Shown: in pieces, positions 10,393 through 22,005 of the stretch | Numbering within the stretch: the stretch's first letter is position 1 | How the letters are laid out: every line of letters begins with the position of its first letter | IMG/VR virus record: IMGVR_UViG_3300028887_000066 | Span: 1 to 64,000 of that record | DNA length: 64,000 nucleotides | Reading direction: 5' to 3' (one strand) | Source of the DNA: a virus | Lineage: Duplodnaviria > Heunggongvirae > Uroviricota > Caudoviricetes | The notes under the pieces: model-generated | Seen by the model: only the letters and a program-made list of their open reading frames with translations | What the model was told of the DNA's origin: nothing | The model's database searches: none | Translations under genes and position numbers: made by a program

Positions 10393-12893
10393 TCTTTAAC
10401 TTGTAAGTATATTCTCATTACCTTACCGCCGTTATATGAAAATAACAGCCTGCTTATTGGTATATCCTGCTCTTTTTGCACATTTCCATTCATCACACCC
10501 CTGATATGCTGTCCATCATTCCATAAATCGTTGCCATTATATACAACGATTCTGTACAGATACTCCCTTGTCGTCTGTGCCGTGCAGCCGTATGTGGAGG
10601 CTGTGCATTTCAATGATGTTGCATTGTATGGTACTTTAATTGTATATTCCCTTGTATCCTTCTGATCCTTTACAACGTTTGCATTATACAATACATTATC
10701 ATCAATAGAGAATTTGACGTTTATCACGCTTTCATCAGGTAGTTCATTAGTAGCCTGTATATAACAAGTAACATTATATCCGTTCTGATCATCGCTATTA
10801 TTGCTTCCGTCACCACCCACCGTAGTAATTTCTCTCTCTACAGGCTCAAAACCATTGATTCTCGGCTCAAACAAATTGAAAATCATCTCGCTACCATTCA
10901 ATGCGTCTTTTACCCTAGGTAAAAACCAACAATATTGATTAAGCTTATAATTGTATTTTAATGCAATTTTTATGTAAGTATCACTGAACAGCCTTTTTGT
11001 ATTGATACCTGATATTATGGCATTTTCCCCTTCTCCGTCTACAAGCAAATAATGCACAGGAAACGGCTTTATTGCTTTGTTGTTCCACGAGATTTCCGTA
11101 TCTGACTTAATCGGTCTGTTTCTTTTCCGTCCGAATTTCCATGATTCGCCATCTGCATAATCAAATGTAGGCATTGTAAACGGTACGATTCTTCCATACT
11201 TCGCATGGTTGAACTCCACTTTCATATAAATGTAGCTTGTGGCGGCTCCATTAATAATATCAGGATGCAGATAAATGTAGAAACCCTCACTGCAAGCCCC
11301 CATGTCATACTTGTTTGAACACGAGAATTGTGCGGAAAGACGTAAATTATCGTTTATTCCACCATATTCATTTATCTGTTCATTCGCTACAAGACTTCCT
11401 TCTGAGTTTCCGTTTAACTTCGCATTCACGTATTTTGTATACAATTTTCCGCTATCCAAGAAAATAGTGGAATAGAATAGCAATGACTGAGTTGCTCTGT
11501 CCCTTGAGTCATAAAACGATAGTCTGATAAACGATTTCTTTATCTTGCTCTTCTGATAATATATGTCGTCATCCGTAAAATTCAAATGTCCTAAAAGATC
11601 TGCATGATTGTCAAACGTACTTTTATCAAAACCTATCTTATCTTTAGGGAAAATTTCAGACGGACATAAATCACCATTCTCATCAACCCCGTAGTTATTC
11701 CAAGCCAATTCATCCTCAGATACCCATTCTTTCAGAATTGAACCGTCACTTCCATATACATTAGTCCTCTTCCTGAAATGCAAATTAAACGTTATTTTAT
11801 TTACGGGTTTCAACACACTGTCTCTTGTTATGTCATTTTCATGAAAATCATTGGCATCACAGTACATTGGAACGAACTGTCTTCTTTCATTATCTACTAT
11901 ATCATTTATTGATTCGGTTTTTACCTTGTCAAGATAGTTTTCCTCCAACAATTCATCTTTATTTTGATCAATGGCAAAGTCCTCACCAAATGGCAACATT
12001 ATATGATAATGTCCCGTTTCCTTATATATTGAACTCGTTATCCCGTCTGATACAATGTCTTTCAGATAAAGCAATGTATCTGTAACACCGCTTTCATTTT
12101 CAACGACAACAGTATTGAAAAATCTTGGGTCAGGGTATGTAACCGTAATATCGGCGAAATTTTTAGCAAGCTTATCTAATGCTTTGTTGTATTCAGTATC
12201 TTCTAATGAATCGCCTGTTTTGTAAAAGAATATAAGTTGGAAGGCATCATCACTTGCATCTGTCAGAATCGGCACAATTCCATCATTCAATGTATATTTT
12301 ATATTGTCTAAGACGAATTCCAAAACCGCCCCACGGTTATTCTTCAAAATATCACCAAGCAGATAATGCCCGTCCTCCAATACAGTAGCATCAAAGACAA
12401 AACCATTAAACCAAACAAAATCTCCGTCGCACCTTTTTGCTTCCTCAATATCCCCCTGATAATAGTATTCATCAATGAAATCGGCAATTCTGTAATCCTT
12501 ATTTTTCCTGTAGAAATGTTCTGTCTGAAATGTTACAGATATTCCTAACTTTCTGTCAATATTTGGGAATACATCCGTAGTACCTGACTGTGGCGGCAGT
12601 ATCTTGTAGTCTATTGACAGTTTTTCCACATTATCTATCTCACATACCACATTCTCAAGTTTCGGAATCGTAAACGTGTCGCCATCGATAATGTTTACAT
12701 TCTGTAAAATATAGTAATACGATTCATCAGACCGCGACTCCAATTTTACAATATCATTGTCGCGCATCTTATGACAATCTGAGACTATCATTATCGCCTC
12801 ATTATCGCCACTTCCTGAATATCTCATTTCAGACGGGTTAAGATTATCGTATCTTATCTCCGAATCCTTGTTATTTATCTGAATCTTTAACAT
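10380..12893 (-). CDS. Putative virion/baseplate protein
   Basis: 837 aa, with short overlaps to both neighbours suggesting translational coupling. Confidence 0.5.
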   Translation of the reverse strand: MLKIQINNKDSEIRYDNLNPSEMRYSGSGDNEAIMIVSDCHKMRDNDIVKLESRSDESYYYILQNVNIIDGDTFTIPKLENVVCEIDNVEKLSIDYKILPPQSGTTDVFPNIDRKLGISVTFQTEHFYRKNKDYRIADFIDEYYYQGDIEEAKRCDGDFVWFNGFVFDATVLEDGHYLLGDILKNNRGAVLEFVLDNIKYTLNDGIVPILTDASDDAFQLIFFYKTGDSLEDTEYNKALDKLAKNFADITVTYPDPRFFNTVVVENESGVTDTLLYLKDIVSDGITSSIYKETGHYHIMLPFGEDFAIDQNKDELLEENYLDKVKTESINDIVDNERRQFVPMYCDANDFHENDITRDSVLKPVNKITFNLHFRKRTNVYGSDGSILKEWVSEDELAWNNYGVDENGDLCPSEIFPKDKIGFDKSTFDNHADLLGHLNFTDDDIYYQKSKIKKSFIRLSFYDSRDRATQSLLFYSTIFLDSGKLYTKYVNAKLNGNSEGSLVANEQINEYGGINDNLRLSAQFSCSNKYDMGACSEGFYIYLHPDIINGAATSYIYMKVEFNHAKYGRIVPFTMPTFDYADGESWKFGRKRNRPIKSDTEISWNNKAIKPFPVHYLLVDGEGENAIISGINTKRLFSDTYIKIALKYNYKLNQYCWFLPRVKDALNGSEMIFNLFEPRINGFEPVEREITTVGGDGSNNSDDQNGYNVTCYIQATNELPDESVINVKFSIDDNVLYNANVVKDQKDTREYTIKVPYNATSLKCTASTYGCTAQTTREYLYRIVVYNGNDLWNDGQHIRGVMNGNVQKEQDIPISRLLFSYNGGKVMRIYLQVKEWNQ

Positions 12894-15664
12894 ATTACAT
12901 TCTCGTCAGTTTCAACAAATTCATATGGTGTCACATCCTTATGCTTTCCGTCAATAACTAATTTCAAAACTCTCGAATTAACCCCGTCACAATATGACAA
13001 ACCATATTCACACACTGGATCCTGTCTCCGCAAGAAGAAATTGATATTTTTATGGTAATAATGCGCCCCATTCATAAATACAGAATCATAAAGTTCGCTG
13101 TCCGTCATTATGTTTATTTCCTTCTTCAGCGTGCGCCATATGTATCTTCCTGTTCCGTCATTCAATTCACGGGCATATTTAGGCTTTTCGCTGTTATGTC
13201 TGTAAACATTATATTCTTTCAGTTTTGTCTCTGTAAATGAATTTGGTATATTGATAGTTATGTATTCAAAATTATCACCTTCCACCAAACAACAAGTAGT
13301 GGTTAGGTCTTTCGTCCTGTCTTTCCCCTTATGATAAAGGTAAACAGTATCATTTACTTGAAAATAGTAGTTTTTCCTTGTTTTTATTCTTGCCTTTTGA
13401 AATAGTCCGCAATTTTCAAACGGCGTGTCATAGTCAATGTCATAATCTACCCTTGTATGTGCGCCGACATTGACTTCATCGTTGTACTCACGAACTTTCA
13501 TCCTATAATGTGGTTTGTAATAATATCCTTCAGGAAATACATTTGCTGGATAAGCCTCTGTTCCGACTTTTACATTGTCCTTGTCATATTTTGTGGTTTC
13601 ATTGAATCTTCTTGCTGATAAAAATTGTGAATCTATGTTTGCCGTACCGCCATTAGCGAATACAGAATCATAGTCATCATAATTTATTTCATCATATCTC
13701 AAGTTGGCATATTCACCGCTAACGGTCATATTATCACCTTCCTGTACATTAAAATCGGTGTTTTCCCTCTGTGCTGTATTGAAGCGGAAATAAACATCCT
13801 CAATAACCCTCTCCTCATATTCATACGGACTGAATTCAACAATATCACCAAGAAACTCACCATTGTTACTGAAAAACGAATCACCTCTTACCGTTATCTC
13901 ACCTTTTTCCTCTTCAAGGTTTCTTGCGGCATTATCCACATCAATATTAAGATTATTCAACAAGCACGTCTTCTTCAAATTTGCTTGTATGGAATTTGTA
14001 TCATTAACTCTTACATTATGTATTTTATGGACATTGTAGTCATGCACATAGGCAGGGCAATCCAAACCCGCAGTAAGTTTTCCAAAACAATGTGAAAATG
14101 TTATATCACTTCCAGCATACCTTTTTGAATTATACCAAGCCTTGTAGCCATCATTGTTTTTAACAAGTGTAAGAAACACCTCACTCACCTCTCGGTCAAG
14201 ATTATCCCTCAAACCTGTAAGGTCAATATCATCATTGAATATTATCTGTACCGCGTTATCATTATAGATACTTCGTTCAAAAGCCACCTTATTCAAAGCA
14301 CTGTCAAAGCCGTCAAGACAATGCGCACGGATGTCAAAATCAGTAACCTCGCTATCAGCATTCACATTCGTGTCTTTGAAATTGGGTATCCTCTTAAACA
14401 CCCTGAAATAATATTGGCAATCTTTTCCGTTTATTATCTTACAAACCCTTATCTGATTTTCAAAACTTCCTAATTCATCAAAATATTCTTCTATTGAATC
14501 AAACTTAACACTGAAATAATAATTTCCGTCATATCCGTCAAGCCCTACACCACTTACGGTGATAGTATTGGTTATCCTCTTAGGCGTGCCGTTTGAAATT
14601 ATGGTAAGTCCAATGATGTCACCATATGACAGATTATGCTTCACGTTAGTTCTGAATGTTATATCGGTGTTGCTCTCATAATATGTAATATCCGATAAAG
14701 ACGATACCATTATACATTCTAAACCGTTTACCTTCGTATTTGTGTCCTCAACTATACTATTGGTATATGCCGAATACGGATATGTAAGGCAGTAATCCCA
14801 ATTAGGCTCTATTCTCTCCTGATATTTGTTTACCTTTGGAATGAAAGAAAACAAAGACCTGTCAGGATACATATCTATGAACTCACAAGCCTTGTTATTG
14901 TTCATACACTTGTTTACACAGATATTATTACTACCCAATGCCACATTGTTAACATCGATTCCACAAGGATTAATAAAACCGAACCATCCATCTTTCTCTG
15001 TAAGATTCTCGGTAATTGAATCGGAAAACGAGCGAACAGTATCATAAGAATATAATCTAAGACCACTTCTTGATTTCATATTTCCTATAGTTGTACCAAT
15101 AAGATAGTCACTAACACGCTTCCCGTTTCTGTCCCTAATATAATCTTTAATTGTATTAAAATTTGTTTTCGCTGTATTACCTAACTTATTAATAACAGTG
15201 AATTCCTTAGCCCTTAATGTATGATTATTGAAAATATCAAAACCACAATGATAGACAAACGGCCCAATATCAGGATGCGAATATGATGTATCCTCAATGG
15301 CATCATGTCTTGTTATAATCTTGTCAACTTCCAAATCTTTGTATGTATGGTAATACTCAACATTCCACGAATCACACGCTTTTCCTGAATCCCCGAAAAA
15401 CTGACAATCACGCCAATGTCCTTCCATGTATACAACTTCAGTAATGGCATTGAAAAGAACATTACTGCATACAGGCATTATAGTAAATGTAAGCCTGTAT
15501 TTGTTAGACTTGTCCTTTTCTGCCATATACTGTTGAAACTGATCAATAGTATCAGAAACAGTATCATTGTGTATAAGTCTCTCTTCTTGAGAAAGATTCA
15601 GACCGACGTAGTTATCCACGTCGGTTGAATGCTTATTTCTGTATCTCCCTAATAAAAGTTCCAT
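12887..15664 (-). CDS. Putative virion/baseplate protein
   Basis: 925 aa in a tightly packed structural operon. Confidence 0.5.
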   Translation of the reverse strand: MELLLGRYRNKHSTDVDNYVGLNLSQEERLIHNDTVSDTIDQFQQYMAEKDKSNKYRLTFTIMPVCSNVLFNAITEVVYMEGHWRDCQFFGDSGKACDSWNVEYYHTYKDLEVDKIITRHDAIEDTSYSHPDIGPFVYHCGFDIFNNHTLRAKEFTVINKLGNTAKTNFNTIKDYIRDRNGKRVSDYLIGTTIGNMKSRSGLRLYSYDTVRSFSDSITENLTEKDGWFGFINPCGIDVNNVALGSNNICVNKCMNNNKACEFIDMYPDRSLFSFIPKVNKYQERIEPNWDYCLTYPYSAYTNSIVEDTNTKVNGLECIMVSSLSDITYYESNTDITFRTNVKHNLSYGDIIGLTIISNGTPKRITNTITVSGVGLDGYDGNYYFSVKFDSIEEYFDELGSFENQIRVCKIINGKDCQYYFRVFKRIPNFKDTNVNADSEVTDFDIRAHCLDGFDSALNKVAFERSIYNDNAVQIIFNDDIDLTGLRDNLDREVSEVFLTLVKNNDGYKAWYNSKRYAGSDITFSHCFGKLTAGLDCPAYVHDYNVHKIHNVRVNDTNSIQANLKKTCLLNNLNIDVDNAARNLEEEKGEITVRGDSFFSNNGEFLGDIVEFSPYEYEERVIEDVYFRFNTAQRENTDFNVQEGDNMTVSGEYANLRYDEINYDDYDSVFANGGTANIDSQFLSARRFNETTKYDKDNVKVGTEAYPANVFPEGYYYKPHYRMKVREYNDEVNVGAHTRVDYDIDYDTPFENCGLFQKARIKTRKNYYFQVNDTVYLYHKGKDRTKDLTTTCCLVEGDNFEYITINIPNSFTETKLKEYNVYRHNSEKPKYARELNDGTGRYIWRTLKKEINIMTDSELYDSVFMNGAHYYHKNINFFLRRQDPVCEYGLSYCDGVNSRVLKLVIDGKHKDVTPYEFVETDENVIC

Positions 15665-15665
15665 T

Positions 15666-18600
15666 TTATCCTGTTATACCTTTTGGGTAATATTTAACCA
15701 TTGCAATCTTATTTGTATCAGGGTACAAATGTTTCCATATGTCATTTACATCTTTTGAATACTTAGGATAAGCGGCTTCAGGCCCACTAAGTTTTGTCCA
15801 ATCATCGTATACAGCGAATATTGCATGTGAAAGCTCATCATTAATAATTTTTTTGAACGCCATCCACTTTTTATTTGGATAATCGCCCGATATTGAATTT
15901 GCAACAGATGCTATATGCGCCAATGTAAATTTTTCAGTAACTTCTATTACATTATACTCTGTATTACCAAAAATGCCGTTATAAAAAGCCGTATGTGTAT
16001 TTGAATAGTCTTTCGGAATCATTGCTCCATAAATTTTATTCACATAATTGTACGTATCCTTATCACTATTGGTTTTTACCTTATTTTGTTCGCCATTAAT
16101 TTTACAACCAAGTATAACAGCATCATTTACAATAATATAGTCAAGATAATAAGTTTTATTTTCAACAATTTTTGCAGAAAATAACGAAATACTTCTATTA
16201 TCTGTTATACCACAATTAAATTTACCATTACTTGTGTAATCAATTTTAAACACAGAATTTTCTTCTGCATCAGTATTCACCCACCAAATAACGATTTTTC
16301 CGTTAGTCTTCGGTATAAAACTTCTACTACCTGTCTTTTTCCCGTTACTATCCGTACTTGGTACAATATTGACTTGCTCAGTTCTGATAACACCGTCAGG
16401 ATTAACGGCAAATATATTGTATTCGACATTTGATGTTATAAGTAGCTTATCCCACCCATTAGCGTCAATAACAGTACATTTATATCCATTTCTAACCCTT
16501 TTGATACCTGTCTCAGAATCATTATCAAATGTCACGGTATCCATAACAGTTTTACCTTCAGCATCATAATAGTAACCATTTACCGTATAGATAGTATCGG
16601 TAAGAAGATTAAGACTGCTAAATGAATGTATTACATACGCTTGCCCGTCATTTGACCCACGAAGATAAACATCAACAATACTATCTTTCGTAACATTACT
16701 TACTTTAATTGTAGTGTCTTTTACCAATTTAACATCTTCTGCCCCCTCATTGATAGTGGTGTCATCTACTTTAACTTCGTTCTCGGTTTTTGTACAGTAA
16801 TAAAACCTCATTCCATTACTATAGTAGAAATCGTTATCAGATTCATTACACGGAAAATGGCATTCAGATGAAACACTGTATGTTTTAACGTTTACCAAAT
16901 CTCCATATTTTTTAGGTTTTCCTTCTTCCACTTCAAACGAAAATGATTCATTGCCATTGCTATAGTCGTTTTCATCCACATATTCTGGAAGCATCTTTAC
17001 CTGAGTACAATCACCTCTGAATGTCTCAACAAATGTAGACATATAACCATCATATACAGTACCATTAAATTTCACCTTGCCTGCTTTATTGTTATATGTT
17101 ACTAAATTTGTAACAGCAACTGAATATGACTTTATCCCATCCTCAGGATTTACAAGCATTACGGCATTAAGATAACATGGACGATACACCGACGGAATAA
17201 TTGCTGTCCCATATTCACCTAAATAAACGCCATATGGTCTTTTAGGATTTGATGGCATCATTCCTTCTACATATCTATTAATATTATCCCATCCTTCTTT
17301 ATTATAGCCATTTTCTTCAAAAAGCTTATACTTACCATTAGCATCAAAATATGATGTAGGAATATGAAATCCATTCATTGTCAAATGATAATCTGGATAA
17401 CGTCTATCACTTATTTGTGATGTATACTGAACATCACTTATATACATTGTTACAGCATAATCATTGTCATTTAACCTTCTTCCAACAAGTTTTTCTCCAT
17501 TACCTATTATGTAACTTGACCCATATCCCTTAACCTGATATGCAATAACACCGTCACCTATTGAATCAAACATAGAAGAACGGTAAAATGTTGACATCTT
17601 TGTAAGCCATTTCTCTTTCTCCGTAAATGTAGACGCGCTTGCTACTAACACACCCTCAACCCATGATCCATCAGAATATATCGCCTGTATTGGCAAATTA
17701 TTAAGACTCCTTGAAGTTAAGTCCGAATCACCAAAATATATATCGGCTTCGTTTACACCCATATTAATCGTTACGTCAGGCATTTTCATGACCCTCGGTT
17801 GTGTGTTGCAATCATATATATAGAACGTATAGTATGTATCATTTCCCTTCCACGCTGGTACTTTGTAAGTCTTTGGGTTTGTACCGCTAACATTTACATA
17901 ACTACTACTAAGATGTATCAAACCATCAAAACTAATATACTGCTCAAGAACCTTTTTATAAGATTCAAACGGATATTCACCTGTTTTTGCAAATATGAAT
18001 TTTTCATCGGTAGCAACTAATATACCCAATAGTGTTTCATTATAAACGTTTCCGAATTCAAGATAACCATTAGTAGTGTTTCTTACATTTGCGTCTTGAT
18101 TATAAGACGAAGTAGTAAAGTCATGCGCTTTGAACGTTACGCCACTTATTTTTGAACTTGTCGTCTCAGCAACGTCAAAAACGGCACTTACATCATCCCT
18201 GTCATCAGCATCAAGTGTTATCCTATATTTTCCACCATTAAGCCCGACGATTTTAAATGTACTATAATTATGAATCACCGTGTTAGTACCTTCTCCACCA
18301 GCTCTAATAACACCATTTTCATACTCATCCATTTTAAGCTTCATCGTATACCATGAATTAGAACCATTTGACTTTTCAAGCCTAACCTCATACGGTGAAT
18401 CGACATTTGTTATTATAATTTCAACATTTACTTCTTCCCCTGAGCAAATTTCAACATCATCGTGAATTTTTATCTCAAAATATGAGGCATCTTCATTTTC
18501 TGTATTACATGGAGCATAAAAGTCTTTATAAAAACGGTCAATAGCTGTATTACCATCTGACAAACCAAAATAAAAATAATATGAATTTTCATATTGTGGT

Positions 18601-21600
18601 AACGCTACTACATCACTTGAATACGCTATTAAATATTTATTTCTTTTTGCGGCTTTTAACGTTTCTCCAGTAAAACCTTCACAATCAGAAAGACCCATCC
18701 TAAAATAATAATAATCAGAGCTTTCATCATCTATTCCGCGTACATATAATTTAGCATCAAATAATTCAGGACGTTCATTTTTTATCTGTAAATGCCTTTC
18801 ACTGGTTTCCGTATCATCATTTTTTGTATCATAATAAGGATTACCATTAGTAAGTTGCACTTTACTTTTCAAAGAACCCTCAAAATTAGTTGGGTGTATA
18901 TATTTTATATCATACCTACGATACAAAGAATCTTTATCTACCTTGGTCTTCAGACCATTATAATTCATCGTTGCAAAAGCGCGTCTAAAGTTGGAGTCTG
19001 TTATTTCAAATTTTGAAATATACCCATTTGGTGCAAGAAAATCATATTTAAAATTATCTCCTTCCTTGTGGACAGTAGATTGTCTTTGAGACATTATCGC
19101 CCCAAATTCACAAATTCTTGAGAGATTAACACAAGATTTAACATTAACCTGTGAACTCATACAAGAAATCCCAAGAAAATGCCCACCAGGATAAAAAAGT
19201 TTGTCAAAATTATTTCCACCTTGATTCGGCCCTATGTATCCCCAGTCAATACCCGAAGCTTCGGTAACAGGATATTCTGTCACATCATCTTGTTCAAGTA
19301 ACGCTTCCGCATAATCTGCTTTAGAACTCCATTCATTATATGATTTAAACGTTTGTTCTTGCTGCACAAGAGGCTCAGTACCTATTACTTGTTGGGTACA
19401 AAATGTTCCCGCCCACGAATTACCATACATAAATGCGGGATTATCCATATTAGTGGAGGCTAAATTACTTGGCATAACAAATGTTGAAGAGGTCAATTCC
19501 TCAAAAATACGAGGTATTCCATCTTCGTCGCATTCATTCATTGAACCAAGTAATACAATGTCTGTAGCCCACAAATTACAACGGGTTCCATAATTATTAT
19601 TATACACATTAAGCCATTCAGCGGGCTTAAAATAATATGCTTTTTGATTTTGTAATGTAGTTTCGGCATGGACAATACCGCCACCTCCGTGAACATGATC
19701 CCCACTCATAATCCATTGGTGTTTCCTTCCATTACCTTTATGGCATTTTTGTTTACTACTACCACTACGACAGCCATTAGGAGATGTTACATTGGTAAAA
19801 TTACCTGTAGCATTATTATAGCTATACTCTAAAGCGCATTGTTGAGTATAGCGTCGCCCTGAGCCAAATGTATCTTCCATACAAGCTTCAAGACGTGCTT
19901 TTCTTCTTATAAGCCCAAACAGATAACTACGCTTTTTACGATAATTTATATACCAATGTGGAACATAAAGCATACCATTAATCCAATCATTATAAAAATC
20001 GAATTGTATGACTTCATATTCCATTGCAAGATTTATTTCAATACATTGAAATAAATAATCTGTTGAACGTGTTATACAATAAACACTATCAAGATTATTT
20101 TCCCTATTCTGATAGTCTATTGACTTAGTATCACAATCTTCGTCTTGGAGGCTTTGTAATGTTTCTGACAAATGATCGCATCTTGGAGCAAAATACCAAT
20201 TCTCAAGGTCTGGACAAATACCGTCACCCATACAGGCACAAATGTATGTATCATTTGATGAAATATCTTCAAGAATCTGATTAAGCCAATTCACAAAACC
20301 AAGGATACGCACGAGAATTTTTAAAATAGCACACTGAAGTACAAACATAAACGTAAGATTAACTCTCATATTATTATATGGAATAGGGTTATTTCCTCCA
20401 TTTACGTTAATGTTCTTAATTCCGCTAAATTTCACATTTCTTTGATTATTACCTTTCTGTATTCTTGGAATGTATTGTTTTACGGTGTATATTTTATTCC
20501 AAAATAAATCCCTGAATGATTTTGTTCCTGTTTCATCATCTGTGGTAGCACTTCCAAAATGATATGTATCCTTCAAGTCCTCATATGTTTTAGGGTTATT
20601 CGGGACTAATAATTTTGCAAGATGGTTATTCTCGTAATCACTTTGGAAATCAGTCAATGACACTCTGAACCTAACCCTTGTCCTTGTAGGGATGCCCTTT
20701 TCCTTGTCATCAGACGGTACGAAATTACCATATTCGTCTGTCATGTAGTAGTCAAGATTCATCGGAATTTGATAGCACCATGTTCCGTTTCCATCTATAA
20801 GCTGATTACCCTGTATCTGTTTTTCCTCGACATTACCATCAGGGGTTTTACGAATCATTTCAATAGTACCCGCGCCAGTAGTAAGCCTATCCATCTTACC
20901 CATTCTATCTGATGGGATACATTTTTTTGAAATGCCCTGGCTTCTCTCATCCGTAATCAACGACCCAAGAAAAATACATGTAGGTTCAAACTTATACTGT
21001 ACATCTACATCGTTTCTTGTAATTTTTATTTCATCTTCCTCTGTATCACCCCAAAACGGATATACATATACACTGTCATTCTGAGAAATAATCTGAGTCA
21101 GATTGTCAAGATTCGTATCACTCTTGAATTTATTCGCATTCTCAAACTGTGTTATGTTGTATCCTTTATATATCATATCCCTCGGACGCTGACTAAGCAT
21201 ACCAATATCTGACAAATCTATATCAACGTGGACGATATTCTCACCGACTGGTACGCCGAAAATCATATAGTCACCCGCGTCATTGCTCCTTGTAGTATAC
21301 TTGTAATACTTGTCAAATATTTCCACATAATTGTCATCGTCAAGAACCATACGCTTGCTTGGAAACGTACCGACAGGTGTATGGCATGATGTAACCTGTT
21401 CTTCAGGTAACAGATTATACCTTCTTCCTTCATTATCTTTTCCATAAACGTATGAATAAGGATACAAGGCACTAATTATAGGGTCGGCCGTTTCCTTATC
21501 ATCGAGGCTTACAAACACAGAAATTTTGGCATTAGGTATGCCTACGCCACCATTTGCCAAAACACGTCCTGCAATACATCCATAATCGGATGTATGCATC

Positions 21601-21743
21601 TTGTAGAAATTGCTTGTATCTATTTTCAAACTAAGTAGTTCAATGATATTGACATCACTGTCAAGCTTTACGCTTACATATTTGTCGGCATCATCATTCC
21701 CTACTTTTGTTCTTATCCTTATACTCCTGTTGTTTTCGATCAT
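15666..21743 (-). CDS. Very large virion/baseplate protein with an N-terminal carboxypeptidase-regulatory-like beta-sandwich
   Basis: 2025 aa. GCIAGRVLANGGVGIPNAKISVF...TTRSNDAGDYMIFGVPVG fits the CarboxypepD_reg-like pattern. It follows the gp6-like wedge gene. Confidence 0.55.
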   Translation of the reverse strand: MIENNRSIRIRTKVGNDDADKYVSVKLDSDVNIIELLSLKIDTSNFYKMHTSDYGCIAGRVLANGGVGIPNAKISVFVSLDDKETADPIISALYPYSYVYGKDNEGRRYNLLPEEQVTSCHTPVGTFPSKRMVLDDDNYVEIFDKYYKYTTRSNDAGDYMIFGVPVGENIVHVDIDLSDIGMLSQRPRDMIYKGYNITQFENANKFKSDTNLDNLTQIISQNDSVYVYPFWGDTEEDEIKITRNDVDVQYKFEPTCIFLGSLITDERSQGISKKCIPSDRMGKMDRLTTGAGTIEMIRKTPDGNVEEKQIQGNQLIDGNGTWCYQIPMNLDYYMTDEYGNFVPSDDKEKGIPTRTRVRFRVSLTDFQSDYENNHLAKLLVPNNPKTYEDLKDTYHFGSATTDDETGTKSFRDLFWNKIYTVKQYIPRIQKGNNQRNVKFSGIKNINVNGGNNPIPYNNMRVNLTFMFVLQCAILKILVRILGFVNWLNQILEDISSNDTYICACMGDGICPDLENWYFAPRCDHLSETLQSLQDEDCDTKSIDYQNRENNLDSVYCITRSTDYLFQCIEINLAMEYEVIQFDFYNDWINGMLYVPHWYINYRKKRSYLFGLIRRKARLEACMEDTFGSGRRYTQQCALEYSYNNATGNFTNVTSPNGCRSGSSKQKCHKGNGRKHQWIMSGDHVHGGGGIVHAETTLQNQKAYYFKPAEWLNVYNNNYGTRCNLWATDIVLLGSMNECDEDGIPRIFEELTSSTFVMPSNLASTNMDNPAFMYGNSWAGTFCTQQVIGTEPLVQQEQTFKSYNEWSSKADYAEALLEQDDVTEYPVTEASGIDWGYIGPNQGGNNFDKLFYPGGHFLGISCMSSQVNVKSCVNLSRICEFGAIMSQRQSTVHKEGDNFKYDFLAPNGYISKFEITDSNFRRAFATMNYNGLKTKVDKDSLYRRYDIKYIHPTNFEGSLKSKVQLTNGNPYYDTKNDDTETSERHLQIKNERPELFDAKLYVRGIDDESSDYYYFRMGLSDCEGFTGETLKAAKRNKYLIAYSSDVVALPQYENSYYFYFGLSDGNTAIDRFYKDFYAPCNTENEDASYFEIKIHDDVEICSGEEVNVEIIITNVDSPYEVRLEKSNGSNSWYTMKLKMDEYENGVIRAGGEGTNTVIHNYSTFKIVGLNGGKYRITLDADDRDDVSAVFDVAETTSSKISGVTFKAHDFTTSSYNQDANVRNTTNGYLEFGNVYNETLLGILVATDEKFIFAKTGEYPFESYKKVLEQYISFDGLIHLSSSYVNVSGTNPKTYKVPAWKGNDTYYTFYIYDCNTQPRVMKMPDVTINMGVNEADIYFGDSDLTSRSLNNLPIQAIYSDGSWVEGVLVASASTFTEKEKWLTKMSTFYRSSMFDSIGDGVIAYQVKGYGSSYIIGNGEKLVGRRLNDNDYAVTMYISDVQYTSQISDRRYPDYHLTMNGFHIPTSYFDANGKYKLFEENGYNKEGWDNINRYVEGMMPSNPKRPYGVYLGEYGTAIIPSVYRPCYLNAVMLVNPEDGIKSYSVAVTNLVTYNNKAGKVKFNGTVYDGYMSTFVETFRGDCTQVKMLPEYVDENDYSNGNESFSFEVEEGKPKKYGDLVNVKTYSVSSECHFPCNESDNDFYYSNGMRFYYCTKTENEVKVDDTTINEGAEDVKLVKDTTIKVSNVTKDSIVDVYLRGSNDGQAYVIHSFSSLNLLTDTIYTVNGYYYDAEGKTVMDTVTFDNDSETGIKRVRNGYKCTVIDANGWDKLLITSNVEYNIFAVNPDGVIRTEQVNIVPSTDSNGKKTGSRSFIPKTNGKIVIWWVNTDAEENSVFKIDYTSNGKFNCGITDNRSISLFSAKIVENKTYYLDYIIVNDAVILGCKINGEQNKVKTNSDKDTYNYVNKIYGAMIPKDYSNTHTAFYNGIFGNTEYNVIEVTEKFTLAHIASVANSISGDYPNKKWMAFKKIINDELSHAIFAVYDDWTKLSGPEAAYPKYSKDVNDIWKHLYPDTNKIAMVKYYPKGITG

Positions 21744-21999
21744 AATAGTTTACTATATTATCGCCCTTTAAATTAAAAAATTTTGTAAGACTAAGCTTTC
21801 CCCCTTTATATAATGTTAAGTATATCACATATGTAACAAGCATTGGTATAACGAGAAGCATTGTTGCACTTAATGCAAACTTATATGTATAATACTTAAT
21901 CCGACTTTTCAGAGTATTTCCGCGTTTTAATTTTGAATCTGCCCCGTATTTTGCGTAAAGGGCGTTTAGCTGCTCAGTCGTAGTGCAATTACAAGCCAT
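21694..21999 (-). CDS. Small membrane protein
   Basis: 101 aa. N-terminal MACNC and a hydrophobic segment FALSATMLLVIPMLVTYVIYL. Confidence 0.55.
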   Translation of the reverse strand: MACNCTTTEQLNALYAKYGADSKLKRGNTLKSRIKYYTYKFALSATMLLVIPMLVTYVIYLTLYKGGKLSLTKFFNLKGDNIVNYYDRKQQEYKDKNKSRE

Positions 22000-22005
22000 T
22001 TATTA